A DNA stretch of 64,000 nt from an uncultured Candidatus Saccharibacteria bacterium (GCA_964427275.1 CAYRSR010000001.1:20394-84393); one strand, 5' to 3'. Shown: positions 42,300 through 50,900, numbered from the stretch's first letter. Made by a program: numbers and translations. Notes: generated by a model not told the origin, from the letters alone.

Positions 42300-43367
42300 T
42301 CATTGTCTGAGTTCTTCAAACCATTGGTGAACCATTTTGAGACCTTCTTTGAGATCAACTTTTGATTGCCAGCCAAGTAATTTTTTAGCCAGAGTTATAT
42401 CAGCTCGAGTATGATAAACATCACCATCTCTTGGTGGTAAATATTGTTTTTTGCCACCAACTAAATCGGCTAGGTAATTTATTGAGTAGGATTTTTCACT
42501 GCTCATGTTAATTACTTCTCCCCCTTTTAGCTTCTCACTTTCCATTGCTTTAATAGTTGCATCAATTGCATCGTCGACATAACAAAATCCTCTGGTCTGC
42601 TTACCATCACCATAAATAGTTAATGGCTTACCTTCAATTTTTTGTTTTAAAAATTTTCCAATTACCAAACTGTATTCGGAATCAAAGTCAATTCTGGGCC
42701 CATATATGTTGAAGTATCGTAAAGAAATAATTGGTGTCCTATAAAGATTGGTAAATAGCTTAGCAAATTGTTCCCCAACTAATTTCTGTAAGCCGTAAGG
42801 ACTAACAGGCTCAGGGGTCATATCTTCTTTGAAAGGTAGTTTTTCTTGATTACCATAAACAGCCGAAGAAGAAGCAAAAACAACTCTCTTTACTCTACTC
42901 TCAGCTGAAGCCTTAAATACACTGATTGTTCCAAGAATATTAACCTTAGAAGTCCTGACAGGATCCTCAACTGAAAGAGGCACTCTTGGAATAGCTGCTA
43001 AATGAAAAACATAATCAACTTTTTGAAAAAGTGGTTTAATCTTATCAAAATTACAAATATCAAGTTCATAAAATTCAGCTTTAGGATTTAAATTCTCCCT
43101 TTTACCAGTGGATAGATCATCAATTACAATTACTTTATAGTTTTCTTTAATTAATCTATCTACTAAATGACTTCCAATAAAACCAGCACCACCAGTAACT
43201 AAGATTGTTTGATGTTTGAGGTTAGATGTTCGATGTTGGAGATTGGAAGTTGGAAGTTGGAGGTTGGAGGTTGGAGGTTGGAAGTTGGAGGTTTGAGGTT
43301 GGAAGTTTGACGTTTGATGTTGGATATTAGATGTTAGATGTTGGAGGTTTGATGTTTGATGTTTCAT
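42300..43367 (-). CDS. NAD-dependent epimerase/dehydratase with heptamer-repeat-derived N-terminus
   Basis: TGGAGFIGSHL, YGLQK and RYFNIYG motifs; about 50-aa (Q/H/P)TSN(L/I/F) extension. Confidence 0.9.
   Translation of the reverse strand: MKHQTSNLQHLTSNIQHQTSNFQPQTSNFQPPTSNLQLPTSNLQHRTSNLKHQTILVTGGAGFIGSHLVDRLIKENYKVIVIDDLSTGKRENLNPKAEFYELDICNFDKIKPLFQKVDYVFHLAAIPRVPLSVEDPVRTSKVNILGTISVFKASAESRVKRVVFASSSAVYGNQEKLPFKEDMTPEPVSPYGLQKLVGEQFAKLFTNLYRTPIISLRYFNIYGPRIDFDSEYSLVIGKFLKQKIEGKPLTIYGDGKQTRGFCYVDDAIDATIKAMESEKLKGGEVINMSSEKSYSINYLADLVGGKKQYLPPRDGDVYHTRADITLAKKLLGWQSKVDLKEGLKMVHQWFEELRQ
43206..43364 (-). repeat. Heptamer tandem array (about 22 units, C[ACT]AAC[ACT]T)
   Basis: Directly visible degenerate 7-bp periodicity. 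Confidence 0.95.
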
Positions 43368-43726
43368 TGTTTTTTTAGATATCTTTTTAAACTTAATAAC
43401 TTGAAAAATAATTCATCGATTCTGGTGATGATTTGATTAAAGGTTATTTTAGATATGTATTTTAAATTCTCGGCAATAATACAACAAGCCTTTACCTCTA
43501 TCAAAGAACCTAATGCAATATCCACAAACCTTGCAAATTCTTTCTTGTTTCGCGCACTTCCTTCTGTAATATTCAATATCACTGAAATTGCCGCTCGTTT
43601 CAATTGAGCACCCAAAATGAATGTTTCTTCCTTAGGAAATTTTAAACTAAGATTGTAAATTTCCTTAAGTAATTCATTTGCTAACTTATAAACTTCTAAA
43701 TTTCCAAAATTATACTTCTGATACAT
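43364..43726 (-). CDS. Four helix bundle protein (TIGR02436 / 23S rRNA IVP family)
   Basis: F.NLEVYK, FPKEE.F.L..Q..RAAISV..NITEG and A.GSL.E motifs; start moved to 43726. Confidence 0.92.
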   Translation of the reverse strand: MYQKYNFGNLEVYKLANELLKEIYNLSLKFPKEETFILGAQLKRAAISVILNITEGSARNKKEFARFVDIALGSLIEVKACCIIAENLKYISKITFNQIITRIDELFFKLLSLKRYLKKQ

Positions 43727-43729
43727 AAT

Positions 43730-43768
43730 TCCAACATCCAACATATCCAACATCTAACATCTAACATC
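43730..43768 (+). repeat. Heptamer array inverted relative to 43206-43364
   Basis: CCAACAT/CTAACAT x5 on the + strand. Confidence 0.9.
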
Positions 43769-44276
43769 ATTTAGCTTTTTTCAGGAGTAAGTCTTTGACT
43801 ATTTTTGCGATTAATTGAGGTTCAGCTTTTCCTTTGAATTTAGACATCATCTCCTTCATTACTTTTCCCATATCAGCTATAGATTTTGCTTTGAGTTTTT
43901 CTATAACTTGCTGGGCTGACTTTTCAATTTCTGTAGCAGAAGCTTGCTTGGGTAAATACTTTTTCAGAATCTCTATCTCGGCCTGTTCTTTTTTAGCTAG
44001 TTCTTCTCTCCCTCCTTTTCGATACAGTTTAATTGAATCAGTTCGCTTTTTTATTTCCGAATAAATCAAGTCAATTATTTCCTGATCAGTTAAACTACTT
44101 TGCTTAGTTAGTTCTGATTCAGTTATTGATTTACTTTGTTTAAGAATTCTTACTCTTTTTTCCTTTTCACGATTTAAAATAGATGTTTTTAAAAGCCTCA
44201 GCACCGAAAGAACTTCGGTTTGTTTATTTTTTAAAGCTAATTTAAAATCCCGTTCAATTTCTTGCTTAAGAGACAT
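43767..44276 (-). CDS. GatB/YqeY domain protein
   Basis: K.ALK..LS.LRLLK, E.EIL.KYLP.Q and DMGKVM motifs. Confidence 0.9.
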   Translation of the reverse strand: MSLKQEIERDFKLALKNKQTEVLSVLRLLKTSILNREKEKRVRILKQSKSITESELTKQSSLTDQEIIDLIYSEIKKRTDSIKLYRKGGREELAKKEQAEIEILKKYLPKQASATEIEKSAQQVIEKLKAKSIADMGKVMKEMMSKFKGKAEPQLIAKIVKDLLLKKAK

Positions 44277-44281
44277 AATAA

Positions 44282-45277
44282 CTACTTTGTTTTTTCTAAA
44301 TACCACTTTAAAGTTTTTTCTAATCCTTCATCCAGACTGTACTTTGGTTCAAATTCAAGCTCTCTTTTAGCTTTAGAGTAATCTAGAGCAACTCGGCCAA
44401 CCTCACCTCTTTTTTCTGGAACATATATTTTGGCTACATCTATCCTGGTTAACTTTTTAATCTTATCAAATAAGCTATTTATGCTAGTCTCTACACCAGT
44501 CCCAATATTAAATATTCCAGTTTTATCTTTCTTTAAAGCTAAAATTGCAGCATCTATCGCATCGTCTATGTAAATAAAATCTCTAGTTTGAGTTCCATCT
44601 CCAATAATAGTAGGCTGCTCACCAGCTAGCATCTTTTTAAAAAATACCGAAATTACTCCAGCTTCAGCAGAAATTCCCTGTCTTGGTCCATAGACATTTG
44701 AGTAACGCAAGGAAATACTCGGTACCTGATATACTTCGCGATAATAGTCCAAGTACTTTTCTACTGCTAGCTTAGCCACTACACATGGAGCAATAGGTCT
44801 TTCTGGAGAAGTTTCAGGAGTAGGAATGACATCTGCTTCTCCATAAATTGCTCCACCAGTAGAGAAAAATATAAACTTAGAATCAGTAATTTCCACCGGC
44901 AAGAAATGTAAAAAATTTTTTAACACATTTAAAGAGCCCATAATATTTATCCGGGCATCCCAGTCAGGATTATCTAGCGACTTTCTTATATCCACCTGAG
45001 CAGCTAGATGGAACACTGTCTGAGGTCTTTCTTTTTTAAATATTTTGGAAATTTTAGGTGAGCAAATATCTACTTTATAAAAACTTGCTTTTTTGTTCAC
45101 CAGCTCTTTTCTTCCGGTAGAGAGATTATCAATAACTACTACCTTAAAGCCAAGTTCTACTAATCTATCCACCAGATGAGAACCAATAAATCCAGCTCCA
45201 CCAGTAACTAAGATTGTTTGAGGTTTGAGGTTAGACGTTGGATGTTGGATATTAGAGGTTTGATGTTTTTCCAGCAT
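44282..45277 (-). CDS. NAD-dependent epimerase (UDP-glucose 4-epimerase-like) with short heptamer-derived N-terminus
   Basis: TGGAGFIGSHL, HLAAQ.D.R.S, STGGAIYG and RYSNVYGPRQ motifs. Confidence 0.88.
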   Translation of the reverse strand: MLEKHQTSNIQHPTSNLKPQTILVTGGAGFIGSHLVDRLVELGFKVVVIDNLSTGRKELVNKKASFYKVDICSPKISKIFKKERPQTVFHLAAQVDIRKSLDNPDWDARINIMGSLNVLKNFLHFLPVEITDSKFIFFSTGGAIYGEADVIPTPETSPERPIAPCVVAKLAVEKYLDYYREVYQVPSISLRYSNVYGPRQGISAEAGVISVFFKKMLAGEQPTIIGDGTQTRDFIYIDDAIDAAILALKKDKTGIFNIGTGVETSINSLFDKIKKLTRIDVAKIYVPEKRGEVGRVALDYSKAKRELEFEPKYSLDEGLEKTLKWYLEKTK

Positions 45278-45317
45278 TGAGATGATTATAACATATCTTA
45301 AAAGTAGTTTGCACCAC

Positions 45318-45346
45318 TTGACAAATTGCAAAAATGTTAGTATAAT
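45318..45346 (+). promoter_or_regulatory. Perfect sigma70 promoter
   Basis: TTGACA-17 nt-TATAAT. Confidence 0.8.
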
Positions 45347-45409
45347 TAGGTCAGCTTAAGGGAATTAACAAAAAAATAAGGTTGGTAGAATTGAAAAAGG
45401 AGGTTCGAA

Positions 45410-45637
45410 ATGAATGAAAAGAAAGAAAGATTTAATAAAGCTGTAAAACTATGTGCAAAAAGTCCAGTGTTAGTCGCTAAAAGAATTCTGAAGGCTGGAG
45501 TATACGATGAAACAGCAGTTTATCTTTTTTGTCAGAAACTCTATAATGCAGTGTTAAAAGTAAATGAGGAATCAGCAGAAATTTTTGCTAAAAAGCTAGA
45601 AGAAGAAGGAATTAAACTGGCTTGCAGGAGGAAATAA
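45410..45637 (+). CDS. Hypothetical protein
   Basis: Consensus promoter and AAGGAGGT SD. Confidence 0.65.
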   Translation: MNEKKERFNKAVKLCAKSPVLVAKRILKAGVYDETAVYLFCQKLYNAVLKVNEESAEIFAKKLEEEGIKLACRRK

Positions 45638-45655
45638 ATTATCAAATAAATTTAT

Positions 45656-45707
45656 GCCGCGAGTGGAGCCATCATCCTTATAACTTCTTCTCCCTCGCGG
45701 CTCTTTT
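45656..45707 (+). terminator. Bulged GC hairpin, copy 1
   Basis: GCCGCGAG-T-GGAG...CTCC-CTCGCGGC-TCTTTT. Confidence 0.6.
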
Positions 45708-45736
45708 CCTGAATAGCAAGTTAAAAGGAGGTAAAA

Positions 45737-46126
45737 ATGAAAAGGATGATATGGTTGATTGTTGGAGGGTTAATGATAATATCCCTGTGCGGTTGTATAA
45801 CCACTGGGACGATAAGATATCCTAGAGTTCGTGTAAGAACAAACCTTCCAATTCATTTATACCGGGATTTAACAGTAGTAGTAGTAAATGCCTCAGACTT
45901 TCAAGTTAAGTTAATTATTGATGGCAAGTTAAAAGCTGAACTTCAAAGCGGAAAAAGTGTAACTATATTCTTTAACAACTACACCACCAGAAGCGCAAGG
46001 GTTTGTATAACCGCAATTGCCTATAAAGGAGATAAGGTAATTGGAGCAACTGCAAGAAGATTCAATGTATCAGGATATTATAAAGATTCAACAAGCTGGA
46101 TATTAAGAAATAAAGATTTTAGATAA
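45737..46126 (+). CDS. Putative lipoprotein
   Basis: Signal peptide ending in LCGC lipobox; AAGGAGGT SD. Confidence 0.7.
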   Translation: MKRMIWLIVGGLMIISLCGCITTGTIRYPRVRVRTNLPIHLYRDLTVVVVNASDFQVKLIIDGKLKAELQSGKSVTIFFNNYTTRSARVCITAIAYKGDKVIGATARRFNVSGYYKDSTSWILRNKDFR

Positions 46127-46145
46127 AAAACATTAATTTAATCCT

Positions 46146-46198
46146 GCCCGTGAGTGGAGCTATTATAATATCTTTCTTTTCTCCCTCGCGGGCTTTTT
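46146..46198 (+). terminator. Bulged GC hairpin, copy 2
   Basis: GCCCGTGAG-T-GGAG...CTCC-CTCGCGGGC-TTTTT. Confidence 0.65.
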
Positions 46199-46288
46199 AT
46201 TTCAACAAACTAAGGTTGACAAATTTTAAAAAGTTGTTAAAATTCAAAGCGGAAAATTGAAAATTAAGTAAAGGAAGGAGGTGGAGAT

Positions 46289-46885
46289 ATGTTTAAAAAA
46301 AGATTTGGGTTAAAGGAAGCTTTGAAGGTTTTAGAAAAAAAGCCAGATATTTATGAAAGCGAAGTCAAGGTTGGAATAGCGTTCTTGGAAGCACTAGGGA
46401 TCCCAAATGTTGCATCAAAAGAGGCCAGTCAAAGAATAGAGGAGTTAGAACGTCACCAACGACAGTTGAAACAGGCTGTCAAGCTTGGAGAAGCTAGAAT
46501 TAATTCAATAGCTTCTAGTGTTGCTGAAAAAATTTCAGCTGTAGCCGAAAAGGGAGCTAAGCTGGTTGAAAAACTAAATAAAGAATTAGTTGCTTCGATA
46601 GTTAAAATCACTAGTAAAGCACAGAGAAAGGTTGTTAAGTTGCAAACCAAAATATCTAGAGTCCTAAGGTGGAAAGTGGAAGAAATAAACAAAGTTCAGC
46701 AGGTAACCAAGCAGCTTAAAGAAGAAATTGCCAGACAGGTTGAAAGAGAGACAATTAGGATCAGAATGCAAGCAAGTCAGGAAATAAAAAGGATTAAGGA
46801 AGACATTAAAGAACTTCAGAAAAAAGTTGAAAAACAAGAGAAAGAAGTTTCAACTTTAGAAGAAGTAGTCAGATTATTTAAATAA
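46289..46885 (+). CDS. Coiled-coil hypothetical protein
   Basis: TTGACA promoter at 46216, GGAGGT SD, terminator at 46902-46930; K/E/Q-rich helix. Confidence 0.7.
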   Translation: MFKKRFGLKEALKVLEKKPDIYESEVKVGIAFLEALGIPNVASKEASQRIEELERHQRQLKQAVKLGEARINSIASSVAEKISAVAEKGAKLVEKLNKELVASIVKITSKAQRKVVKLQTKISRVLRWKVEEINKVQQVTKQLKEEIARQVERETIRIRMQASQEIKRIKEDIKELQKKVEKQEKEVSTLEEVVRLFK

Positions 46886-46901
46886 TATTTAAATAATAAT
46901 T

Positions 46902-46930
46902 AAAGGGGGCACAAAAGTGCCCCTTTTTAT
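46902..46930 (+). terminator. Intrinsic terminator
   Basis: AAAGGGGGCAC-AAAA-GTGCCCCTTTTT. Confidence 0.8.
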
Positions 46931-46980
46931 TTTAAAATCTAGACAAAATTTTAAAAAAGTGTTAAAATTTTTTTAAGCTT

Positions 46981-47490
46981 ATGGCTGGACATTCTCACTG
47001 GAAACAAACTAAATATAAGAAAGCTATAGTTGATGCTAAAAAAGGAAAAATATTTTCAAAGTTAATTCACGAAATCATGGTTGCTGCTCAAGCTGAACCA
47101 AACCCTGAGTTTAATCCCAGGCTAAGACAGGCAATCGAAAAAGCCAAGCAAGCCAGAGTACCCCAAGAAAACATTAAGCGAGCTATTGAAAAAAGCAGAC
47201 AAGTAGAAGAGCTAATTTTAGAAGGGTATGGTCCAGAAGGAGTTGGTTTAATTGTTCAAGTTACATCAACAAATAAGCAAGGAGTTTTGTCTGCAATTAA
47301 AAAAATCTTCACTAAATACCAGGGAAAGCTAGTTGATAAAGGAGGTGTAAGTTGGGCTTTTGACTCTCAATTCCAGCCAAAATTTCTTCAAAAAATATCT
47401 GAATCAGGAAAAAACACCTTACAGCAGTTAATTTCCGAGTTAAACCAGTTAGAGGAAGTCAAAAAGATAATTACAAACGCTGAAAATTAA
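46981..47490 (+). CDS. yebC: YebC/PmpR family protein (shortened)
   Basis: MAGHSHW, NPRLR.AI.KAK and EGYGPEG motifs. Confidence 0.9.
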   Translation: MAGHSHWKQTKYKKAIVDAKKGKIFSKLIHEIMVAAQAEPNPEFNPRLRQAIEKAKQARVPQENIKRAIEKSRQVEELILEGYGPEGVGLIVQVTSTNKQGVLSAIKKIFTKYQGKLVDKGGVSWAFDSQFQPKFLQKISESGKNTLQQLISELNQLEEVKKIITNAEN

Positions 47491-48500
47491 ATTTCTTTAA
47501 ATTCTTTCTGCCGATAAGCTAAAATAGTCTGTTTTTTAATTTGATTCAGAAGCTTTTTATTTTCTCTTAAAGTTTGCCTTACCTTTTCCTTTCCTACTCC
47601 AAGTTTTTCTTGACCAAACCTATAACTAGCTCCAGCCTTAGCAATTACTCCATATTTCTCAGCAACATTAATCACATCTAACAAGTAAGGAATACCTCTT
47701 CCGTAAATCAAATCAAATTCAGCAACTCTAAAGGGTGGAGCTAATTTATTTTTAACTATCTTAGCTTTTATCCGATGCCCAACAATTTTATCTTTCTGTT
47801 TAATTTTAGCTGATGGTCTGACATCTATTCTTACTGACGAATAAAACTTTAAAGCCCTTCCACCAGGAGTAGTTTCAGGATTCCCAAACATTACCCCAAT
47901 TTTCATTCTAATCTGATTTATAAACACAATCACAGTTTTAGTTTTAGCAGTAATTGCGGTTAATTTTCTTAGTGCCTGAGACATCAGTCTAGCTTGTAAG
48001 CCAATATGAGGGGTTCCCACTTCCTCTTCAATTTCTGCCTGAGGAGTAAGTGCTGCAACTGAATCCACAATAATAATGTCAATACTTCCTGATCTTACTA
48101 AGGTTTCTAAAATATTTAAAGCTTCCTCACCACTGTCTGGCTGAGAAATTAAAAGATTTTTAACATCAACACCTAATCTTTTAGCATATTCCAGATCCAA
48201 AGCATGTTCAGCATCAATGTAGGCGGCTTGTCCGCCCTGTGCCTGTGCAGAAGCTACTGCTTGAAGAGCAATAGTACTTTTCCCACTACCTTCTACTCCA
48301 AAAAGTTCAATTATTCTACCTCTGGGAAAGCCTCCTATTCCTAAAGCTAAATCTAAAGAAAAACAGCCACTGGAAATAACCTCAACTGGAGAAATCTTTA
48401 CCTCACCCAGTCTCATTATTGCCCCTTCTCCAAATTTTTCCTGCAAAGCTTTTACTAAATTATCCAGATTTTGATTCTTTTTTGATTTTGATTCAGTCAT
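47487..48500 (-). CDS. recA: Recombinase RecA
   Basis: G.EGSGKST, IDAEHALD, QARLMSQALRK and GGRALKFYSSVR motifs. Confidence 0.98.
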   Translation of the reverse strand: MTESKSKKNQNLDNLVKALQEKFGEGAIMRLGEVKISPVEVISSGCFSLDLALGIGGFPRGRIIELFGVEGSGKSTIALQAVASAQAQGGQAAYIDAEHALDLEYAKRLGVDVKNLLISQPDSGEEALNILETLVRSGSIDIIIVDSVAALTPQAEIEEEVGTPHIGLQARLMSQALRKLTAITAKTKTVIVFINQIRMKIGVMFGNPETTPGGRALKFYSSVRIDVRPSAKIKQKDKIVGHRIKAKIVKNKLAPPFRVAEFDLIYGRGIPYLLDVINVAEKYGVIAKAGASYRFGQEKLGVGKEKVRQTLRENKKLLNQIKKQTILAYRQKEFKEI

Positions 48501-48506
48501 TTTTAA

Positions 48507-49133
48507 TTAAATTTCAACATCAGGTAAATAGTAAACCTGTTTGGTAATAGTTTTGGTTCGACCTAAAAAATTTTTTAAGTTAAATCTAATTGGGTTAATT
48601 CCTGGTTCAAGTAGAATTTCTTTATAAAATTCTCCATTTTGATTCGAAAATACCTCTTCACCATTAATTAATAACCTAGCATTCGGGGAAATCTTGCCAC
48701 GAATTGTAAAAATTGGCTGGTTTACTACAACTCTATCCGAACCAATCAGAGGTGAAGCCAAACATAACTTCAAAGAATTGTTAATTAACTGACTGGCCTG
48801 AGTAATCAAAAAAAACATTAAAAGAAAGAACAAAAGCAAAACTCCAAAAAATCTTCTGAAATTTTTTACTTCAAACCTATTAGCAGGTAAGCGGTCTTTT
48901 ATTCCAGGTTTTTTAAGGTTTTGCTCCTTAAAATCCTTCCAGAGTTCTTTACCATTCAGTTTCAAAATATCAGCAATTCTCAAAATATATCCCCTAACAT
49001 AGGGAATTGCAGGAAGTTCTTCAACTTTTCCCTGAATTAGAGCATTTATAAACCTTTCCTGAATCCCGGATAATTCAGCTAGTTTGTGTACATCCAATTT
49101 TCTTTTTTGAAGTACCTTTTTAATTTGCTCCAT
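48507..49133 (-). CDS. RodZ-like HTH membrane protein with Ig-like C-terminus
   Basis: HTH with LP..PYVRGY, then TM, then INGEEV...L.PG.N. Confidence 0.75.
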   Translation of the reverse strand: MEQIKKVLQKRKLDVHKLAELSGIQERFINALIQGKVEELPAIPYVRGYILRIADILKLNGKELWKDFKEQNLKKPGIKDRLPANRFEVKNFRRFFGVLLLFFLLMFFLITQASQLINNSLKLCLASPLIGSDRVVVNQPIFTIRGKISPNARLLINGEEVFSNQNGEFYKEILLEPGINPIRFNLKNFLGRTKTITKQVYYLPDVEI

Positions 49134-49215
49134 TGATTACATATAATAAAATAATTAATCCAATAAAGTCAAGAATTTGATATTTAAGTTAGCTGTCATA
49201 TAATATTAAAATCTT

Positions 49216-49581
49216 ATGAAGGACACCTATCAAAAACTAAATCAAGGCAAAAAATTTCACTGGACAAATCATATAATTGAAAAAATGAAATATTATCGAA
49301 TTTCTCCATCCATGATTAGAAGAGTAATCAGATTTCCTGAGAGAGTTGAAGAAGGAATAGTTAAAAACACTATTGCTAGCATGAAAGTAAACAAACTAAA
49401 AAAGAAAAGAGAAGAAATCTGGGTAATGTATCAAAGAAAAATCAAAAATAAAAAATCAAAAATAAAAAATAATAATAAGTTAATTCTAATTACAGCGTGG
49501 AGATATCCAGGTAAAAGTCCTGAAAGAAATCCCATCCCCAAGGAAATAGTTGAAGAAATAAAAGAAATCCTAAAAATTTAA
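49216..49581 (+). CDS. Hypothetical protein (DUF4258/BrnT-like fold possible)
   Basis: WTNH..EKM, EIWVMY and IT.WRYPG motifs. Confidence 0.65.
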   Translation: MKDTYQKLNQGKKFHWTNHIIEKMKYYRISPSMIRRVIRFPERVEEGIVKNTIASMKVNKLKKKREEIWVMYQRKIKNKKSKIKNNNKLILITAWRYPGKSPERNPIPKEIVEEIKEILKI

Positions 49582-49619
49582 GAGTTGCATTTTAATTTTA
49601 GAAATATATACTAAAAAGT

Positions 49620-49886
49620 ATGCCCATCACTAAGTCAGCTAAAAAAGCACTAAGACAAAGCTTAAGAAGAAGAGAAAGAAATCTTATAAGGAAAAATAAG
49701 TTGCGTAAAGCAATTAAAGAGTTTAAGAAATCGCTGGAGCAGGAAAATTTTGATAAGGCTAGAAAACAGCTAGACCTGGTTTATAAAGCTGCAGATAAGT
49801 TAGCTAAAGTCAATTACATCAAGAAAAATAAAGCTTCCAGAATAAAATCCAGGATAACTAAACTTTTAAACAAATCAGTCAAGTAA
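49620..49886 (+). CDS. rpsT: 30S ribosomal protein S20
   Basis: MPITKSAKKALRQS...DKLAK...KNKASR.KSR. Confidence 0.96.
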   Translation: MPITKSAKKALRQSLRRRERNLIRKNKLRKAIKEFKKSLEQENFDKARKQLDLVYKAADKLAKVNYIKKNKASRIKSRITKLLNKSVK

Positions 49887-50657
49887 CTTTGATAAGACAA
49901 AATCCAGTAAGGCAGTTTGATAATCCAGTTTCCCTGATTTGATTTTCACATCGTATTCAGCAAATTTTAAAACCAATTTTTTTCTTGTTCCCAATAGATT
50001 AAAAATATAAGCAGGCTCAGTTCTGAAAAGTAGTTTTTCTAAATTTACCAAATTAAAGTTGTTAATTAGTTTAAAAATACCTTCTGAATTCAAATAAGGA
50101 AAGAAATTAAGGATTTTAGTTAAATCTACTGGCTGTGAAAATTTAGCTAACTTAATTTTTTTTAGCTCATTTACTATAAACCAGCTTTTATCCTGACCAT
50201 AATTTTGACCATATCTAGCTAAAAAATTAACTACATCTCTTTTTAACTTAAGATTTAACTTTTGGGCTTCTTTTTCAATGAAAAATACAAGTTTATGTTG
50301 ATCCATTTCTTGAAATTTCTGCGAGATAACCGGTGACTTGGTCAAAAATTCAAACTCCTTTTCAGGACATGAATCCTCGCTAATAATTAAGGTAGTTTTT
50401 TTTCGATTCAGTTGAATCTTTAAAAAGTTAATCAGCTTTTTAGAATTAACCTTAAAAATATTATCAACCAAAGCCAGCTTGAAATTCTCAAATAAAGATG
50501 GTTGGTCTAAAAAGTCCATTAAATCTTCAAAGTTATCCTCAGCTAGGTCAAACCTTTTAAAATCAAACTGAGGATGTTTTCTTTTGTAAATTGAAATTAT
50601 TTCCTTTTGTTTTTGTTTTCTTCGATATGAATCTTTTCCATAAAGAAAAATAAGCAT
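49875..50657 (-). CDS. holA: DNA polymerase III delta subunit (shortened)
   Basis: FLYGKD, SLF, NEL.K and D.KIKSG motifs; convergent with rpsT. Confidence 0.8.
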   Translation of the reverse strand: MLIFLYGKDSYRRKQKQKEIISIYKRKHPQFDFKRFDLAEDNFEDLMDFLDQPSLFENFKLALVDNIFKVNSKKLINFLKIQLNRKKTTLIISEDSCPEKEFEFLTKSPVISQKFQEMDQHKLVFFIEKEAQKLNLKLKRDVVNFLARYGQNYGQDKSWFIVNELKKIKLAKFSQPVDLTKILNFFPYLNSEGIFKLINNFNLVNLEKLLFRTEPAYIFNLLGTRKKLVLKFAEYDVKIKSGKLDYQTALLDFVLSKLLD

Positions 50658-50664
50658 AATAGCA

Positions 50665-50900
50665 AATTCAAAATTTAAAAATTAAATTTTAAAATGATAA
50701 TTTAAAATTCAAAATTAGCAAATTTTAAAATTACACCAACCATAATAAAATTTAAAATTTAAATATTAAAATGCGATTAATCAATTTTCAACTATCAATT
50801 TCTAATTTTCATTGAATTTTCAATTTTCAACTTCCAACTTCTAACTTCTAACTTTTATTTGTAAACTGTCATTTTTCATTTTGATTTTTAAATTTTACAT
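50665..50900. repeat. Composite repeat copy 3 nested in AT-rich inverted arms
   Basis: Shares the TTTTCAA and CTAACTT blocks with 12361/13774. Confidence 0.8.

Noticed and set aside
43206-43364. Possible CRISPR array
   Set aside because: 7-bp tandem units without spacers; no cas genes in the window.
43364-43726. Diversity-generating retroelement (Avd-like gene)
   Set aside because: No reverse transcriptase and no TR/VR pair with adenine-specific mismatches seen; pilin paralog differences are not A-restricted.
45622-45825. 67-aa ORF
   Set aside because: Overlaps two SD-supported genes and crosses a hairpin.
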